This document shows, one piece after another, positions 1 to 13,666 of a DNA stretch of 64,000 nucleotides (positions are counted from its first letter, which is position 1; the number at the start of each line of letters is the position of its first letter). Made by a program: the position numbers and the translations under genes. The DNA is from Eledone cirrhosa (taxonomy: Eukaryota), in assembly GCA_964016885.1 (NCBI GenBank), contig OZ024745.1:133238001-133302000 (forward strand), given 5' to 3'. The notes under the pieces are model-generated. The model saw only the letters and a list, made by a program, of their open reading frames with translations, searched no databases and was not told the DNA's origin.

Positions 1-1500
1 CAACTACCGGAACCTTGAAACTCGGAATTACATTACATACATACAATATTACACCCGATTAATAAAATGATAGTCATCGAAACTCTCTGCACACAATAAA
101 ACAGTGGCTCACAATGTGTTTGCTGTGCCTGTTCTAACACCAACTTTGGAATACTCGATTGTACGATAGACGAAATCTAAGCAATTGATGTTAAAACTCG
201 AAAAATTCTTAACGACACCGGAAACTTCCAGATCAACAGTGACATAGACCACCCCTACTTGAAATGTAAGCAAGGAGGCAGAGGCCTAACATCAGTCCAG
301 ACAGCATTGGAGTGTCGCATCATATCCCTCCGACATTTACGAACCTCTAAGCGTAGGGGCCCATCTATCGAGCAAGTCTATCTGCATGAGACAGATAAGA
401 TTATGAGAGTTGGAAAGGAACTCCTTGAAAGATATTCCCTGTGTGATAATCAAAAGGTTACATTCAGGGATATTGCCCAGCAGTAACACAGTAAATCCAT
501 GGATGAAGAAGTGCATGCTTATCAGCAAAAAATCATGCATGGATATGTTACAAGAAAGCCCCAGAGTGAGAGTAATATAGATAAGCAAAGTAGTCTATCT
601 TGGACAAACAACCGCTATATTGGCTCCTACTTTGAAGGATACGCTTTTGTAATCGAAGAACTGGAAATCAACTCAAAATATCTGATTCACAAAAGGCAAA
701 ACACCTAGAGCAAAACACCAGGCAAAACACCTAGATGTGACAAGTGCAGATTTTGAAGAATTAACATCGAAGATGTCACCCATGTCATGAGCAGCTGTCC
801 AAAGATGTCATCGCGGTACTATCTACCTATGAGGCATAATGTAGTGGCCAATACACTGTACGATGCAATCCGTAGAAAAGATAGCCCCGACAATAAACAC
901 ATTAAAAGCTACAGTAAAAACCCCAATAAAATGCAGGCATAACAGACCAGATATAATGATATGGGACAGGGAAAAGAAGGCATGCACAATAGTAGAAGTT
1001 AGCTGCCCAGCAGATGCCAATATAATATCAAAGATTAGCGAAAAGGAGAATATCTATGCAGAACTGATGAGAAAGCTGCAGATACTCCACCCTGACTATA
1101 CCTTTTGATTTATACTTGTGGTTATTGGAACACTGGGATAAGATAGTAACTGCCTCAATACAAATCTTGAGAAGCAAGGCTTCACAGGAACAGAGAGAAC
1201 ACAACTAGTTAGGGAATTACATTAATGGAACAGTAAAAATGAGTAAAACAATCCCAAAAGTCTGCATCTAATAACTGCATTATACACTTGGACAGATACA
1301 AAGCATATGCACATGCACACATACAACTCAAAGCATACACATCTACACATACAATAACATCCATATCTACACATACATTCATACAGAATCTACTTAGTTG
1401 ATGTGTAAATTCCAATGAGAGAATAGTGTGTCTATGTTAGAAACCAACTCTCTCTCTCTATTGGCAAAAATTTGTGAAATTATATAAGCAGAAGAACATG
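1..1500 (+). mobile_element. 3' part of an R4/Dong-like non-LTR retrotransposon with restriction-like endonuclease (RLE), pseudogenised
   Basis: Disrupted frame reads AIDVKTRKIL..NSDID..YLKCKQGGRGL (RT thumb), a zinc-knuckle remnant CRF*..EDVTHVMSSC, RHNVVA, then RPDIMIWDREKKACTIVEVSCP..KISEKENIY (PD-(D/E)xK RLE). Stops and frameshifts present. The 3' UTR runs into (CATA)n at about 1500. Confidence 0.85.
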
Positions 1501-1501
1501 G

Positions 1502-1822
1502 ATACATATATACATACATTGATACATATATATATATATACATTCATACATATATACATACATTCATACATACATACATATTTACATACATTCATACATA
1601 CATTCATACATACATATATACATACATTCATACATATATACATACATTCATACACACATACCTACATACATACATTCATGCATACATACATACATATATA
1701 TATATATACATACGTTCATACATATATACATGCATACATGCATACATACATACATACATACATACATACATACATACATACATACATACATACATACATA
1801 CATACATACATACATACATACA
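1502..1822. repeat. (CATA)n/(TACA)n microsatellite
   Basis: Direct tetranucleotide repeat, imperfect at the left end. Confidence 0.95.
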
Positions 1823-2084
1823 TAGAAGAATATGTACTTTCATGATTCCTCCTTACAAAGTTTAATCTCTAATATCCACATAAGCTTTCAAATTCTATAC
1901 ACTAATCCCCATAAGGACGTAATTTGAATGGATTAGAAGAGATTTTCTTAATACTGTAGTGCACTCACGATAATCGGTGTTACATTATAAATCGATATTA
2001 TTGTCAAATTGCTCTTACACAAGCTATCATATTAATATTACAATTATTTTGGTGGTCATTCAGTCTGTCACCTTAACAGTTATC

Positions 2085-2660
2085 TTGTAAATGTTCACCT
2101 CTGTTGAAGAGGACATTCGGCATATCATCCCAGCTCGAAAGCTCCCCGGACTCGAGATCAACTCGTCCAAGTCTGAGATGAAAAAAAATTTAGCTACGGC
2201 GAGGCCGCATTCCACGACGCCGTATTCAGCACCCGCCCCGACCTGTGCAGTGCTCGACTATCGCCAAAAGACGTTGCATGCATGTTCGGCTCTCCAATTC
2301 CCCCGAAAGCCATAAGTTAGCGGCTGGAGGCCATATATTCAGACTTGTCCCGCAGGGCAGAGAGGTTGCGTCTCATTGACGCTCACTCGATGCTCTTGAT
2401 CTTGAGGAACTATTTCGCCCTCCCTAAATTTGTGTCCACGCTGTGTGGTGCACCCTGTCACAGACACGCAGATCTTCTTAGGGACCTCGACGCCAACAAC
2501 CAATATTGTACAGAACTCATCTGCAATATCAGTTTCGACAGCGCTGGCAAGAGCCGAAGCTCCCAGCGAGGTTCGGTGACCTCAACTTCTGAACCGCTTC
2601 GGATCTGGCTCTACGGGCCTAACTTTTCTCAATCTCCCGCAACCGCTCTCCCGTCAGCGA
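2085..2660 (+). mobile_element. Degenerate RT/thumb fragment of a CRE-like non-LTR retrotransposon
   Basis: PGLEINSSKSE and ERLRLIDAHSMLLILRNYFALPKFVSTLCGAPC..LLRDLD..ELICNISFD resemble the CRE-clade post-RT region; GC-rich island. Confidence 0.6.
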
Positions 2661-2809
2661 GTTGCTGTTATTTGAAAGAGATTTGTTCATGATTTCTTTC
2701 TATTTTTATTAATTAAAATGATATGTGTTAGTTATGTGAATAGCATTTAAATAATAATTGTGTATGAAAAATATATATATGAATAGAGGAATTACACGGA
2801 CAGACGTAT

Positions 2810-2985
<176 letters not shown>

Positions 2986-3488
2986 TTGTGTATTTGGATC
3001 CGTTAAATTCACGTTTAACTCATATCATGATAATGAAACTTGCTCTAGACTTCACTGTATAAACATACAAGAACTTTAGGTAAAACGAATTTTAGAATTA
3101 AGGTTAAAGAAAACCCAAATATTTCTAATAATGTCTAATGTGTTGGACATACACTTTTATGAAAACTGCCTCTGCTATTTGAAATCGTGAAGTTTGCAAG
3201 GGTAACCAAAAGAGGAATTCTAAGCCTAAATCTATTGTTTATGTGTGACTCTACCCGTAAATACAGTACTTGACATGAAAATACACCCACAGGCACACAA
3301 ACTAAACATTGCACACAAAAAAGATAATTGATTTCGTGAAATACTATATTGGCAATTGACGTCATTTATGTGGAAAGCGAGTTAACCATCGAAAAACACT
3401 TGAAAATGACTTAAAATATATTTTAATCAAAGTTAAAATTTTATCACAAAGAAAGGAAATTGGAACGTATCCACTGAGGGTTCCTTAA

Positions 3489-3526
3489 ACCCTGATGAAG
3501 GGACTTTTAGGTCCCGAAATATTGGA
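3489..3526 (+). ncRNA. Minimal type-I hammerhead ribozyme motif (weak helix I)
   Basis: cc-CTGATGA-a-GGGAC-ttttag-GTCCC-GAAA-ta-TT-gg. Confidence 0.6.
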
Positions 3527-3652
3527 CAGATAAAAGAAAAACAACAAACAATAACAAGAAAACAAGAATTAACAGGTAACTTTTACTTTTCGTTACCTCA
3601 TCTTACAGTCCATTTTACATTGTTTAGCCTTCTATCTCTTTCAACCTTATAT

Positions 3653-3702
<50 letters not shown>

Positions 3703-4029
3703 TATATATATACATATACATATATATATACATATATATATATGATCAATAATCTCTCACCTAATGTCCATGCACACTACATTCAATGCTTATTGATAAT
3801 TAACTACGTGTCATACTATTGACGCAAAGTTAATCACCATAATGTAAAGTAGAAATTAAGCACCAATCAGAAAATGCGATAAAGTAATGTTATGAATTTA
3901 TTTATTTCTAGAAACTGACGAAAATATGGTGTGAGATAATCTAACAGTTACAGATTATTAATAATTACAAGTATTAGCCAGAATATTCTTCCTTTTCCAT
4001 TCCACGTTCCTAGTAGGTTTAAGTGATCT

Positions 4030-4300
4030 GATGCCATAGAAGGCCAAACTCTCCAAGTACCGGTCGCTCTCTGACAGGGTCGCGGTTGTGCCCTTGGCAG
4101 TGGAGACCTCTCGTGTCCTTGGCCCTAGGGCTACCTCCCTATTCACCACCATACGCGCTGTGCTAGCCAGCCGCAGGTGTGAGCCTCACGAGTTGGAATG
4201 GCTATCTCCCTTACCATCCTCCGAGGAACGCCTTCTCCATCCTGTCCGCCGGGGCTGTGGGGAGGCCAGCACGTGGGACCCCATTTGCTCACCATAAGGA
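4030..4300 (+). mobile_element. C-terminal RLE fragment of a CRE-like retrotransposon
   Basis: KLSKYRSLSDRVAVVPLAVETSRVLGPRATSLF..LEWL and, after a frameshift, ILRG-NAFSILSAG. This matches the CRE-type KY..PLAVET.G..G and terminal AIQRGNA..ILG motifs. Confidence 0.65.
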
Positions 4301-4416
4301 TAAATTGGCTAAGTTATACACGATTGTAAATAAATGTCGGCATCTTGTAGACAGATTTGGTCATCGAAATGAACACACACACACGCACACACACACACAC
4401 GCACATAGAATCACAT

Positions 4417-4450
<34 letters not shown>

Positions 4451-4559
4451 ACACACATATATATATGTATAAGTATGTGTGTGTGTGCGTATGTATATAA
4501 GCTAAATTTTACGAGAAGTCATATTACTCCATATAGAGTAGTTATATTACTCCATATAA

Positions 4560-5175
4560 AGTAGGAAGACAGTGACAAGACCACATTCTGAAGTAGAATG
4601 TGGCATAAGACAAGGAGTCTACATTTCCCTGAGATTATTTGAAACTTGTTTTCAAGACACCATCATCAACAAAGTTAACTGGGAGATCAAGGACACCAAT
4701 ACGAACTCCTCCACCTCCTAGACTTGGCAGGTGACCTCATCACAATAGCCCATACACCACAAGAATTGGAGATGTTCAATGCTATCCACACAGTGAACCA
4801 ACTAGTACGCCTTAACATCCAACTTGGGAAAACCAAGGTTATGTTTAACAGCCATACTAAACCATCACCAGATATTGTAGAGGAAAATACCATCGAGGAA
4901 GTAGTCAGTTATGTGTACCTAGGAACGAAAGTTGCAAGAGGAATTGCCCTATATCCAGAGGTCAAAGGAGGGATTGTGTTGAACTGTGTAGCTCTTGGAA
5001 AGGTTTAAAGTTTATAACATTATTAGAAGCTACAAGAGAGCAACCAAGATCAACCAAGATCAACAGAAAGCTGCAGGGGCCCGTGCAATGATACAACGTA
5101 AAATGGAATAAATCCGGCTCGGCTTCACCCTACGTGATGTTAAGGGCAACACCTGGACTCCAGAGCAGAATTGAA
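4560..5175 (+). mobile_element. Degenerate RTE-clade LINE RT fragment
   Basis: GIRQG, DLAGDLITIAHTPQELE (FADD-like), LNIQLGKTKVMFN, IEEVVSYVYLG. Confidence 0.7.
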
Positions 5176-5239
5176 TGATTGACACACACACACACACTAC
5201 ACGCATATACACATACACACACCCAAAACACACACACAC

Positions 5240-5305
<66 letters not shown>

Positions 5306-5360
5306 CACACACACACACACCTCACACACACACACCTGACACACACACACATATATATAT

Positions 5361-5432
<72 letters not shown>

Positions 5433-5435
<3 letters not shown>

Positions 5436-5622
5436 AAAAGAGTGTGGACCCCGACGGCTGAACTCTGGCCGTTTGGACAGATAGATCCGAACAGTTCGGA
5501 TCTAGCTGCCGAAAGAGCCGGACTTCAGCCGTCGGGATCCTCACTCTTTTCCTATTACTCACTCAACTACCCTAAGTATCAAGTACTATGGTGCGTTAAG
5601 GTCCACCTGGTTCCACAACCAC
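5433..5622. mobile_element. Diverged PLE pseudo-LTR fragment pair (inverted), family of 31157-31490
   Basis: Shares ctaccctaagtat..gtact.tggtgcgtta.ggtccacctggttcc with the copies at 12.0-12.6, 22.2, 31.4 and 39.4 kb; flanked by (TA)n. Confidence 0.7.
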
Positions 5623-5686
5623 ATACATATATATATATATATATATCAAAATGAAAATCCGAAGGCAAGGTAAAATTCCAATCATT

Positions 5687-5765
5687 TAATCACGACACAT
5701 GTTTCAATAAGGGATAGATCGATTGTGAAGCCATGATCGATTATCACTGATCTCATCACTGATTT
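5687..5765 (-). ncRNA. Degenerate hammerhead motif with long helix II
   Basis: Minus strand aatca-gTGATGA-[hairpin with ATCGAT/ATCGAT]-GAAAC-atgt-GTC-gtgatt. Confidence 0.45.
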
Positions 5766-5779
5766 ATATATATATATAT

Positions 5780-6645
5780 ATAAACAGAAATAACAACACA
5801 ATCGGTACAGTATATGGAAGGAATATATTAAGTTAACCCTTGAAATAGCAGGAAGGGGGTATTGACGTTTCGGACGCTAGCCCTTCATCCGAAGAAAAAA
5901 TAAGAAATACGTTAGATTGGTTGGAATTTCGAAAAAATGTCTTTAGATAAAAATAACAGGTCCATTCGTGTTGACATCTCTTGCAAAACTGTTGGTGCTG
6001 GCGTTTTGTGCATGATTTATTTTTTTATAAAAGTGGATCATGGAGCGCATCTACCTGAAATGGAAAAAAACCGTTTTGTAAAAAGAGCTATACGTGTGCA
6101 CATGCGTAAACAAGTGTGGGTCTGCGTGTGTGTGTGTGTGTGTGTGTGCATGTGTGTTATTATGTCCGTACGACGCTAAGAAGAAAGGTGTGTGTATATG
6201 TAAGTAAAATAGTATGTGTCGGTCTGTCTGTATTAGTTGTAAGAGAATATGTTTATGATCATGAGAGGGTGATAAGAATCTAGGGGTGAATGTAGAAGTG
6301 CGTGTGATAATGGACGTGGTATTAGGGAAATTGGGGAGGTGAGTTGAGTGCATGAGAGAAATAGGATCCAAGGCGAGGTCTGTGATCCATTATGTAAAAG
6401 GACACCCAGGACTGAGACATGTAGGGAGAACAGAAATGACGGGCAACAGGATTATCCAAACCGAGTCGTATATCCCTCAAATGCTCAGCAAAACGGTCCG
6501 CCATGCAGCATCCCGTTTGTCCGGTGTATAATTCTTCTGATGAAGGACAAGCGTCCACAACGTCAAGAACCTCTCCCTGCTATTTCAAGCATTAACCTGA
6601 TATATTCCTTTCATATGCTGTACCGATTGTGTTGTTATTTCTATT
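5780..6645 (-). mobile_element. 5'-truncated PLE: GIY-YIG C-terminus and pLTR, with an inverted pLTR copy at its 5' end
   Basis: Minus ORF LYTGQTGCCMADRFAEHLRDIRLGLDNPVARHF (GIY-YIG). Segments 5785-5896 and 6532-6642 are inverted copies, each with a mutated HHR (5860-5896 minus, CGGATGA; 6532-6569 plus, TTCTT-CTGATGA-a-GGAC-aagc-GTCC-ACAA-cg-TC-AAGAA). Confidence 0.8.
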
Positions 6646-6800
6646 ACTTTTTACATACATATATATATCAATGCTTACGTGGACCTCTCAAATTCGTTAG
6701 ATTTTCTAATTGGATTTTCACCCCGAAACTGGATACCAACCTGGAGTATACCTGAACTTCCAGCAGGAAATCTTTCGTATCATTGAAACTTTTCTTTGCT

Positions 6801-6860
<60 letters not shown>

Positions 6861-7788
6861 TAGCAGACATGTCATCATCCAAAATAGTTAAATTGTTTTA
6901 AATCACTATCACTAAAATAATTAGGATTTATTTATAGATATGTCATTCATTTTTGATGAAGCCAAGTTGAATATCTGATGCATCAACTTTCAATATAGAA
7001 TATCGACCAGTGTTCATGCGTTATCAATATCAAACATTTCGATATTTTCATTAATGCAAGCGTAAATGGTAACCAGATATCTGACCGTAATTATTCTGCA
7101 TAATTCTGTAGATCAGAATTAATTGCATTGATTTGCAATGTTAAATGCCCATATGAAATCTTCTAATTTATTTAACATCTCATTAAACAGTTCCTTTTTG
7201 ATTCAGTTGTTTCAAACAATAGCATCCTTTATTACAGTCAGCCCCATCGAGAATATCCATCCATCCACAGTCAAATCAGCGCGAATGTTTGATAAAACCA
7301 ACTTTAGCTACTTATGCACTGGAGACCAGTCTTTTAGAAATACTTAAGTTTCCCTCTTCAAATAGCCGAACATTTCATTTGCTTTTTTTAAAGATCTAAT
7401 TAGTCAAACTGGTAATTGCCTATTTAAAACAACAAATTACTTTATTGCCATCACAATTACAGACGGTAATTAATTTAAGCAATCGAATCACTGGGAAATA
7501 TTGATTGATGAAAAAGGTAAGTGAACGAAAAAAAAAGAAAGAAATTACTCTGCCAATCCAAATATATTTGAATGGGAACGGAAGAGAATGAAGTAATTTA
7601 GTGTAAAAGTTATTTGAAATATTCGGACACTAATGGTAACATACACTATAAACATTTGACTACTAGTTACGTTAGTTACACCCCAATCTAAATAAGATAT
7701 CTCTCTACGAAAGATTCTACTTCATGAGTTCAAATGATACTGCCGTCACTTCTATATAACGGATGGATAGATAGATTTGTGCACAGAT

Positions 7789-7822
<34 letters not shown>

Positions 7823-8460
7823 AGAGAGAGAGAGAGAGAGAGAGAAAGAACCATTCCCAATCAAACCTAAAGCGTATTCTTCCAAACATTATAAGAACAT
7901 AAAAGCACACCATTTGTTTGGCCTACTTTATTTCAGCTGTTGTTTCTTTCTGAGATTTTAATGTTTGTTTTGACAATATTTAGACGAGGGAACTCTTCGA
8001 TTAAAATTAAGATTTAAGAAGATGTGTGATAATTTATAAAAGAAGTCTTATTGACTTACTATATACAAGTGAAACGAGGATGAAACCTGGCAAGGACTAT
8101 TGTTTCTAAATATATAAAATGATATTATGCATTGGTTATATATGATGGATGAAATAAAATAATAGTTTTCTATAAAATTAACATTTTTATAGATAAATAT
8201 GTAACTTATTACAGTACAATGGCAGCTACATCTCTAAATCACGGTGAGATGACAAAAAGGCAGCAATTAGTAGAACCCTGCTTCCGCCTGGAACTTATTT
8301 GTATTAGATTATGTCACTAAAATTAATGTCACTTATGTACAAACTTACCTTTATACTACAATATTTGCCAAGACGTTAATAGTATTGTTTGTCACGAGCG
8401 GAATATAGTATCAGTAGTTCTTAGTAAGAATAAACTGTCACATTATGTCTTATATTATTT

Positions 8461-8590
8461 TGGTGAATTGGCAATATCGGTAGAGGGTTGGACGCCATAC
8501 TTTCTAGCATAGTTATGTCCTTTTACGGTCTGACTTCAAATCCCGGTGAGGTTAACTTTCATCCTTACGTGGTCGGTAAAATAAAGTCGA
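8461..8590 (+). mobile_element. tRNA-derived SINE (octopus-type), diverged
   Basis: B-box-like ttcaaatccc and core actttcatccttac..ggtcg.taaaataaag shared with the other copies. Confidence 0.7.
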
Positions 8591-8837
8591 TGGTTGGTGA
8601 TCGATACTAATAATTGTAAGTGATGGTGAATTTTTAATTCTTTTTGGTGCTCCAAAACATATCTGTATATGACTGGATGGTCATATTTGGAAGTACGGCC
8701 ATTTAGATATAACTTATTCGTTATGTGAATAATGTCTTTTATTTAAGACCTTAAATTGTATTTGTTTCTATATGTATATATGTATTAAAGTCTAAGCAGT
8801 TTCTCAATTAATATATATGTATATATATATATATTTA

Positions 8838-9048
8838 ATTTAGAAAGGCTTCTACAGGACTAGAACCGTTTCATTCGAAAGATATCATCAGAAAGCCTGT
8901 GTAAAACGCATCTGGCTTCTTGATGATTTCTCCCGAGTGAAACAGTTCTAGTCTTGTAGAAGCCTTTCTATATTAACTATTTATACTCTGCTTTGTATTG
9001 AGTACCTTACTTCATGTGGTTACCCCCGATTGAACCCGGGAGAAACTT
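8838..9048. mobile_element. Inverted pair of HHR-bearing PLE pLTR fragments in (TA)n
   Basis: 8841-8897 and 8914-8970 are inverted copies. Minus HHR: GGCTTT-CTGATGA-..-GAAAC-gg..ct-GTA-GAAGCC. Plus HHR: GGCTTC-tTGATGA-..-GAAAC-ag..tt-GTA-GAAGCC. Same family as 13215-13350. Confidence 0.8.
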
Positions 9049-9103
9049 ATATATGTATATATATGTATATATATATATATCGTCTGATTACAAAGTAAAA
9101 GAT

Positions 9104-9139
9104 TCTTTACGTTTCGGACAATAATCCTTCATCAAAAGA
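9104..9139 (-). ncRNA. Minimal HHR motif with C3U substitution
   Basis: Minus strand TCTT-tTGATGA-a-GGA-ttattg-TCC-GAAA-cg-TA-AAGA. Confidence 0.55.
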
Positions 9140-9249
9140 TTGACTGAGAAATAGAAGTGGAATATAAAGAGAGGGAGTCAGCAGAGAAGGTACGAAAAAA
9201 CGAATTAGAGAAGCACGCACGTATTCAATCAGCCATATATATATATATT

Positions 9250-9595
<346 letters not shown>

Positions 9596-11031
9596 AATGA
9601 CGAATGGAAATAAGGAGAGAGAGAGAGAGAGAGCGTAGAATTAGGAGGAGATTGTTGAGGAGAATGGTTGCGGTGGAGATGATAAGGACGATGTTTAATA
9701 AGTATAATGGTAGCGTAGCGTTGTGTAGAGTTTATTCACCAAAGCGTTTCTGTTAAGTCAGCGTTGTTTATGTTTTGGTTAATGTAGAAGGGTGTAAAAT
9801 GCACAATACTAAGAGAATGGCACTTCCTTTAAAATATTTAAATGCCAACATTTATTGAATAGATAAAAGAGAACATCTTAAAGCTGTTTAATTCAATTTG
9901 GTCGAAAATAATGCATTTCATTTAAGGGACACTATTCAATAACTATATCTGATCATTATTGATCAGTACAAAAACTCCGGAAGTTCCGTTCGATATTTCA
10001 CTGAAAATAAAACATTATGACTTTGCAGCTGAATAGAATGAAAGTGATAATAACGAACCTATTACATATTGGTTATATTTTCATATGAAACACAATTTGT
10101 GTATTTTATTTTTCTGTCATTACAGAGCAAATATTAAATAATTTCGAGAATATTTATAATAGAAGCGAAAATGCCACACCAATAAAGCCGATATTCATAT
10201 TGTTTTGATAGTTATTTGTAACGATAACAAGGAGTAATTTTATTTATGGTATAGTGTGACGTAAGTAAAGTAAATATTACCTCTATAATGTAATATATAA
10301 TCTAAAAGTCATTAATAAAACTTAATGTAACTATATACTGGAGTGCACAATTTTGTTCTTTCGTTTTCATATTAACTGCTTAAACTTCAATGTGTTCGTG
10401 TTTGAATGTGTACAGATACATGCATGCCCTAGTATGTGTATGTAAGAAAATAATAACTCATAATAAACATATAAATGTATATACATATATGTTTCCATGT
10501 TATGGTTATCAGCATATAAATCCATAATTAGCAACTAATATTCTCTATTGTTGGAGTTGTTTGCGAGAAGATTACTTGTATAAAGGGATTGGGGTTTCTC
10601 TGTGAACCTATTGAATTACGTCCCTTGAAGGTGTTTGTTTGCTTGATGTTTCAGAAAACAAGGTAAAATAAAGTAAAATAAGGGTAATTGTTGGTTGAGG
10701 TAAGGCGAAGATCAATAAACTGATGGTTGAAGCTGAGACAACATAGACGTCAAGCAATATAAAACATATTAAGATACGCTTAAGGATAGTTGTTTAGCTT
10801 GTAGGGTCGGATTAAGATAGGTGGTAATGCCTACTGCCCTGGCTATGGGTTGGGGGGAATGAGGGAAGCAGATAATGTGTTGAAGAAACCAGTTGAATAC
10901 TAGAGTATCAGTTATTTGGAATTCCCAGTTCTTGTAGTTGGTCCGGAAACGCAGTAGCGTTTTGAAATCAGTGGACAAACTGTCACTTTTGTGTCTGGTT
11001 CTAGTGAATTCTTCAAAATTGGTGACACATC

Positions 11032-11322
11032 TGTAATGCAGTCACTCACCAATTCGAATGTGGCAAGTGTAATGAATTCTACATCGGTTTTACTATCCGG
11101 CCATCACTAGTACGGATCAAGGAACATATCAACACTAGGGTCTCGTCTTTCTGGAAACACATAATAAAATGCGGAAACAATGACGGAAGGCCCATTATCA
11201 CAGTGTTAGCAACGGAACGCAGCGTCGGCATTTTAAGGATCAAAGAGGCACTCTCAATCGAACGCCTCGGACCACAGATCAATAATCAATTCGAGAGAAG
11301 TGAGACAAGATGGCTTGTGTAA
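11032..11322 (+). pseudogene. PLE GIY-YIG endonuclease C-terminal fragment (not in the ORF track)
   Basis: Manual translation CNAVTHQFECGKCNEFYIGFTIRPSLVRIKEHINTRVSSFWKHIIKC..LRIKEALSIERLGPQINNQFE..*: YIG, R..EH, H..C and EA..I..P.IN motifs. Confidence 0.8.
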
Positions 11323-11724
11323 ACAAATGCAACAACAACAACACTCACACACAGTAGCTCGAGTGATTGATATTGTGTGTATTTCGTTTCCACCACCCGC
11401 CGACAGGCAACAGAAAGGCAGACTACCAATACCATGCCTGCCAGTATCACAGTCCGAATGTAAGGAATTGACAGTGAAGATGCGTACGCATTGACAGATC
11501 ACCATCCCACTCCTCTAGTATAGAAGAACGCACACGAGCCCGATAGAGTATTTCAGTTGTAAGCACACGGTAAACAGCGGTGGCCACGTTTTATCCCTCT
11601 CCGACATAACATTTCCCCTCGGAACACCCACAGTTGATGGATGCGAAATCCGAAATATAGCGACTATTAAATCACTTCCTAAGTTTCTTTACGCTCTCTA
11701 CGTCTCTTTCTACGCTTCTTCTTA

Positions 11725-11727
<3 letters not shown>

Positions 11728-11812
<85 letters not shown>
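11728..11812. repeat. (CT)n microsatellite
   Basis: Direct dinucleotide repeat. Confidence 0.95.
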
Positions 11813-11821
<9 letters not shown>

Positions 11822-11931
11822 TTACAACCTGATTCAGCTACCTGGAGATTTACCCATCTGCATTGTTGAGGCTTCCAAAACGGCTATTTTTATTATTCCA
11901 CAATGCTCCAAGCAAACTTCAACACTCTCTT

Positions 11932-12005
<74 letters not shown>

Positions 12006-12007
<2 letters not shown>

Positions 12008-12202
12008 CGAAGAAGTTGTGGTAAGGAACCAGATGGACCATAACGCACCACAGTACTCAATACTTAGGGTAGTAGAGTGGGTAATAGGAAAATGTATAAC
12101 CCCGATGGCAGAGCTCAACCCGTTTCGACAGCTATTTCTGGACAAGAAATACCCGTCGAAACGGCTTGAGCTCTGCCGTCGAGGTCATACATTTTCCTAT
12201 AT

Positions 12203-12273
<71 letters not shown>

Positions 12274-12623
12274 AAAAAGTATGACCCCGACGGCAGCGCT
12301 CAAGACTATTCGACGGCTATCTCTGGACTAAATTAGAATTTTTAGCCTGGTGAATAAATAGCCGGGGGTACTTCCTTATATGGGAAGATTGTAGTTGTCA
12401 AGAGGATTGGTTAAAATGTGTTGTAAACACAAATAAGTCTATCATGGCATTTGGTGGGAGGTAGGGGTGGCTGAACTTGCCTGTAGAACAATAGGGGAGT
12501 CGAAACGGCTTGAGCTCTGCCGTCGAGGTCATACTTGTTCCTATTTCCCACTCTACTACCCTAAGTATTGAGTACTCTGGTGCTCTATGGTCCATCTGGT
12601 TCCTTACCACAATTCCTTTGTTA
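12006..12623. mobile_element. Two insertions of inverted PLE pLTR fragment pairs (12006-12200; 12270-12623)
   Basis: Repeated gtcgaaacggcttgagctctgccgtcg.ggtc in both orientations (3' half of an HHR: GAAAC-GGC..GCC-GTC); (TA)n flanks. Confidence 0.8.
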
Positions 12624-12826
12624 TATATATATATAGTTAGTTAGTTATTTCCACAACAAACTAGCAAACCTTACTCGAGGTCACGTGTTTCACACAACGG
12701 GTTCCCAACTCAAGTTAGGTGTTGTATTGAGAACGGAAGTGTACATGAGCAGACTCACCTGACAGTACCTGCTAGAATCTGGGTTTGATAACCCCAATGA
12801 ACCTAACAGGAATAAATGGGTAAGGG

Positions 12827-12942
12827 AGAAGAAGAAGAAGAAGAAGAAGAAGAAGAAGAAGAAGAAGAAGAAGAAGAAGAAGAAGAAGAAGAAGAAGAAG
12901 AAGAAGAAGAAGAAGAAGAAGAAGAAGAAGAAGAAGAAGAAG
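12827..12942. repeat. (GAA)n microsatellite
   Basis: Perfect trinucleotide repeat. Confidence 0.95.
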
Positions 12943-12990
12943 CCGGAGGAGCAAGAGGAGGAGAATAAGAACACACATTATATATATATA

Positions 12991-13167
12991 TGATTGGAAA
13001 TATCGGTAGAGAGTCGGACGCCATGCTTTGACGCATAGTTACGGCACTTGCCATTCTGAGTTCAAATCCGGCCGAGGTTCACTTTGCCTTTCATCCTTAC
13101 AGGGTCGATAAAATAAAATACCAGTAATGCACTTGGTAATTGCTGGCCTTGTGCCAAAAGTAGAAAC

Positions 13168-13172
<5 letters not shown>
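12991..13172 (+). mobile_element. tRNA-derived SINE (octopus-type)
   Basis: B-box GAGTTCAAATCC, core gcctttcatccttacagggtcgataaaataaaatacca, tail ggccttgtgccaaaagtagaaacaattata. Confidence 0.85.
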
Positions 13173-13214
<42 letters not shown>

Positions 13215-13296
13215 CGTTATTCCGGGTTGAATCGGAGGTAACCACAGTAAGTAAGGTACTCAATACATAGCAGAGTATAACAGTTTTAATATAGAT

Positions 13297-13349
13297 GAGA
13301 TTCTACAGGACTAGAACTGTTTCATTCATTAGAAATCATCAGGAATCTC
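13297..13349 (-). ncRNA. Type-I hammerhead ribozyme in a PLE pLTR fragment (13215-13350)
   Basis: Minus strand GAGATTC-CTGATGA-t-TTC-taat-GAA-t-GAAAC-AG-ttctagtc-CT-GTA-GAATCTC (7-bp helix I, GUA site). Confidence 0.8.
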
Positions 13350-13381
13350 TCTATATATATATCTACATCTATATATATATC

Positions 13382-13477
<96 letters not shown>

Positions 13478-13557
13478 AATATAAATTACCCACTTTTCTA
13501 ATATGTTTGTGGCAATCAGCTCTATTTAAAATAACTCTATTCTATGTTTACCTACAT

Positions 13558-13666
<109 letters not shown>

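Noticed and set aside
12991-13080. tRNA gene (B-box GTTCAAATCC)
   Set aside because: No cloverleaf; it is the head of a multi-copy SINE.
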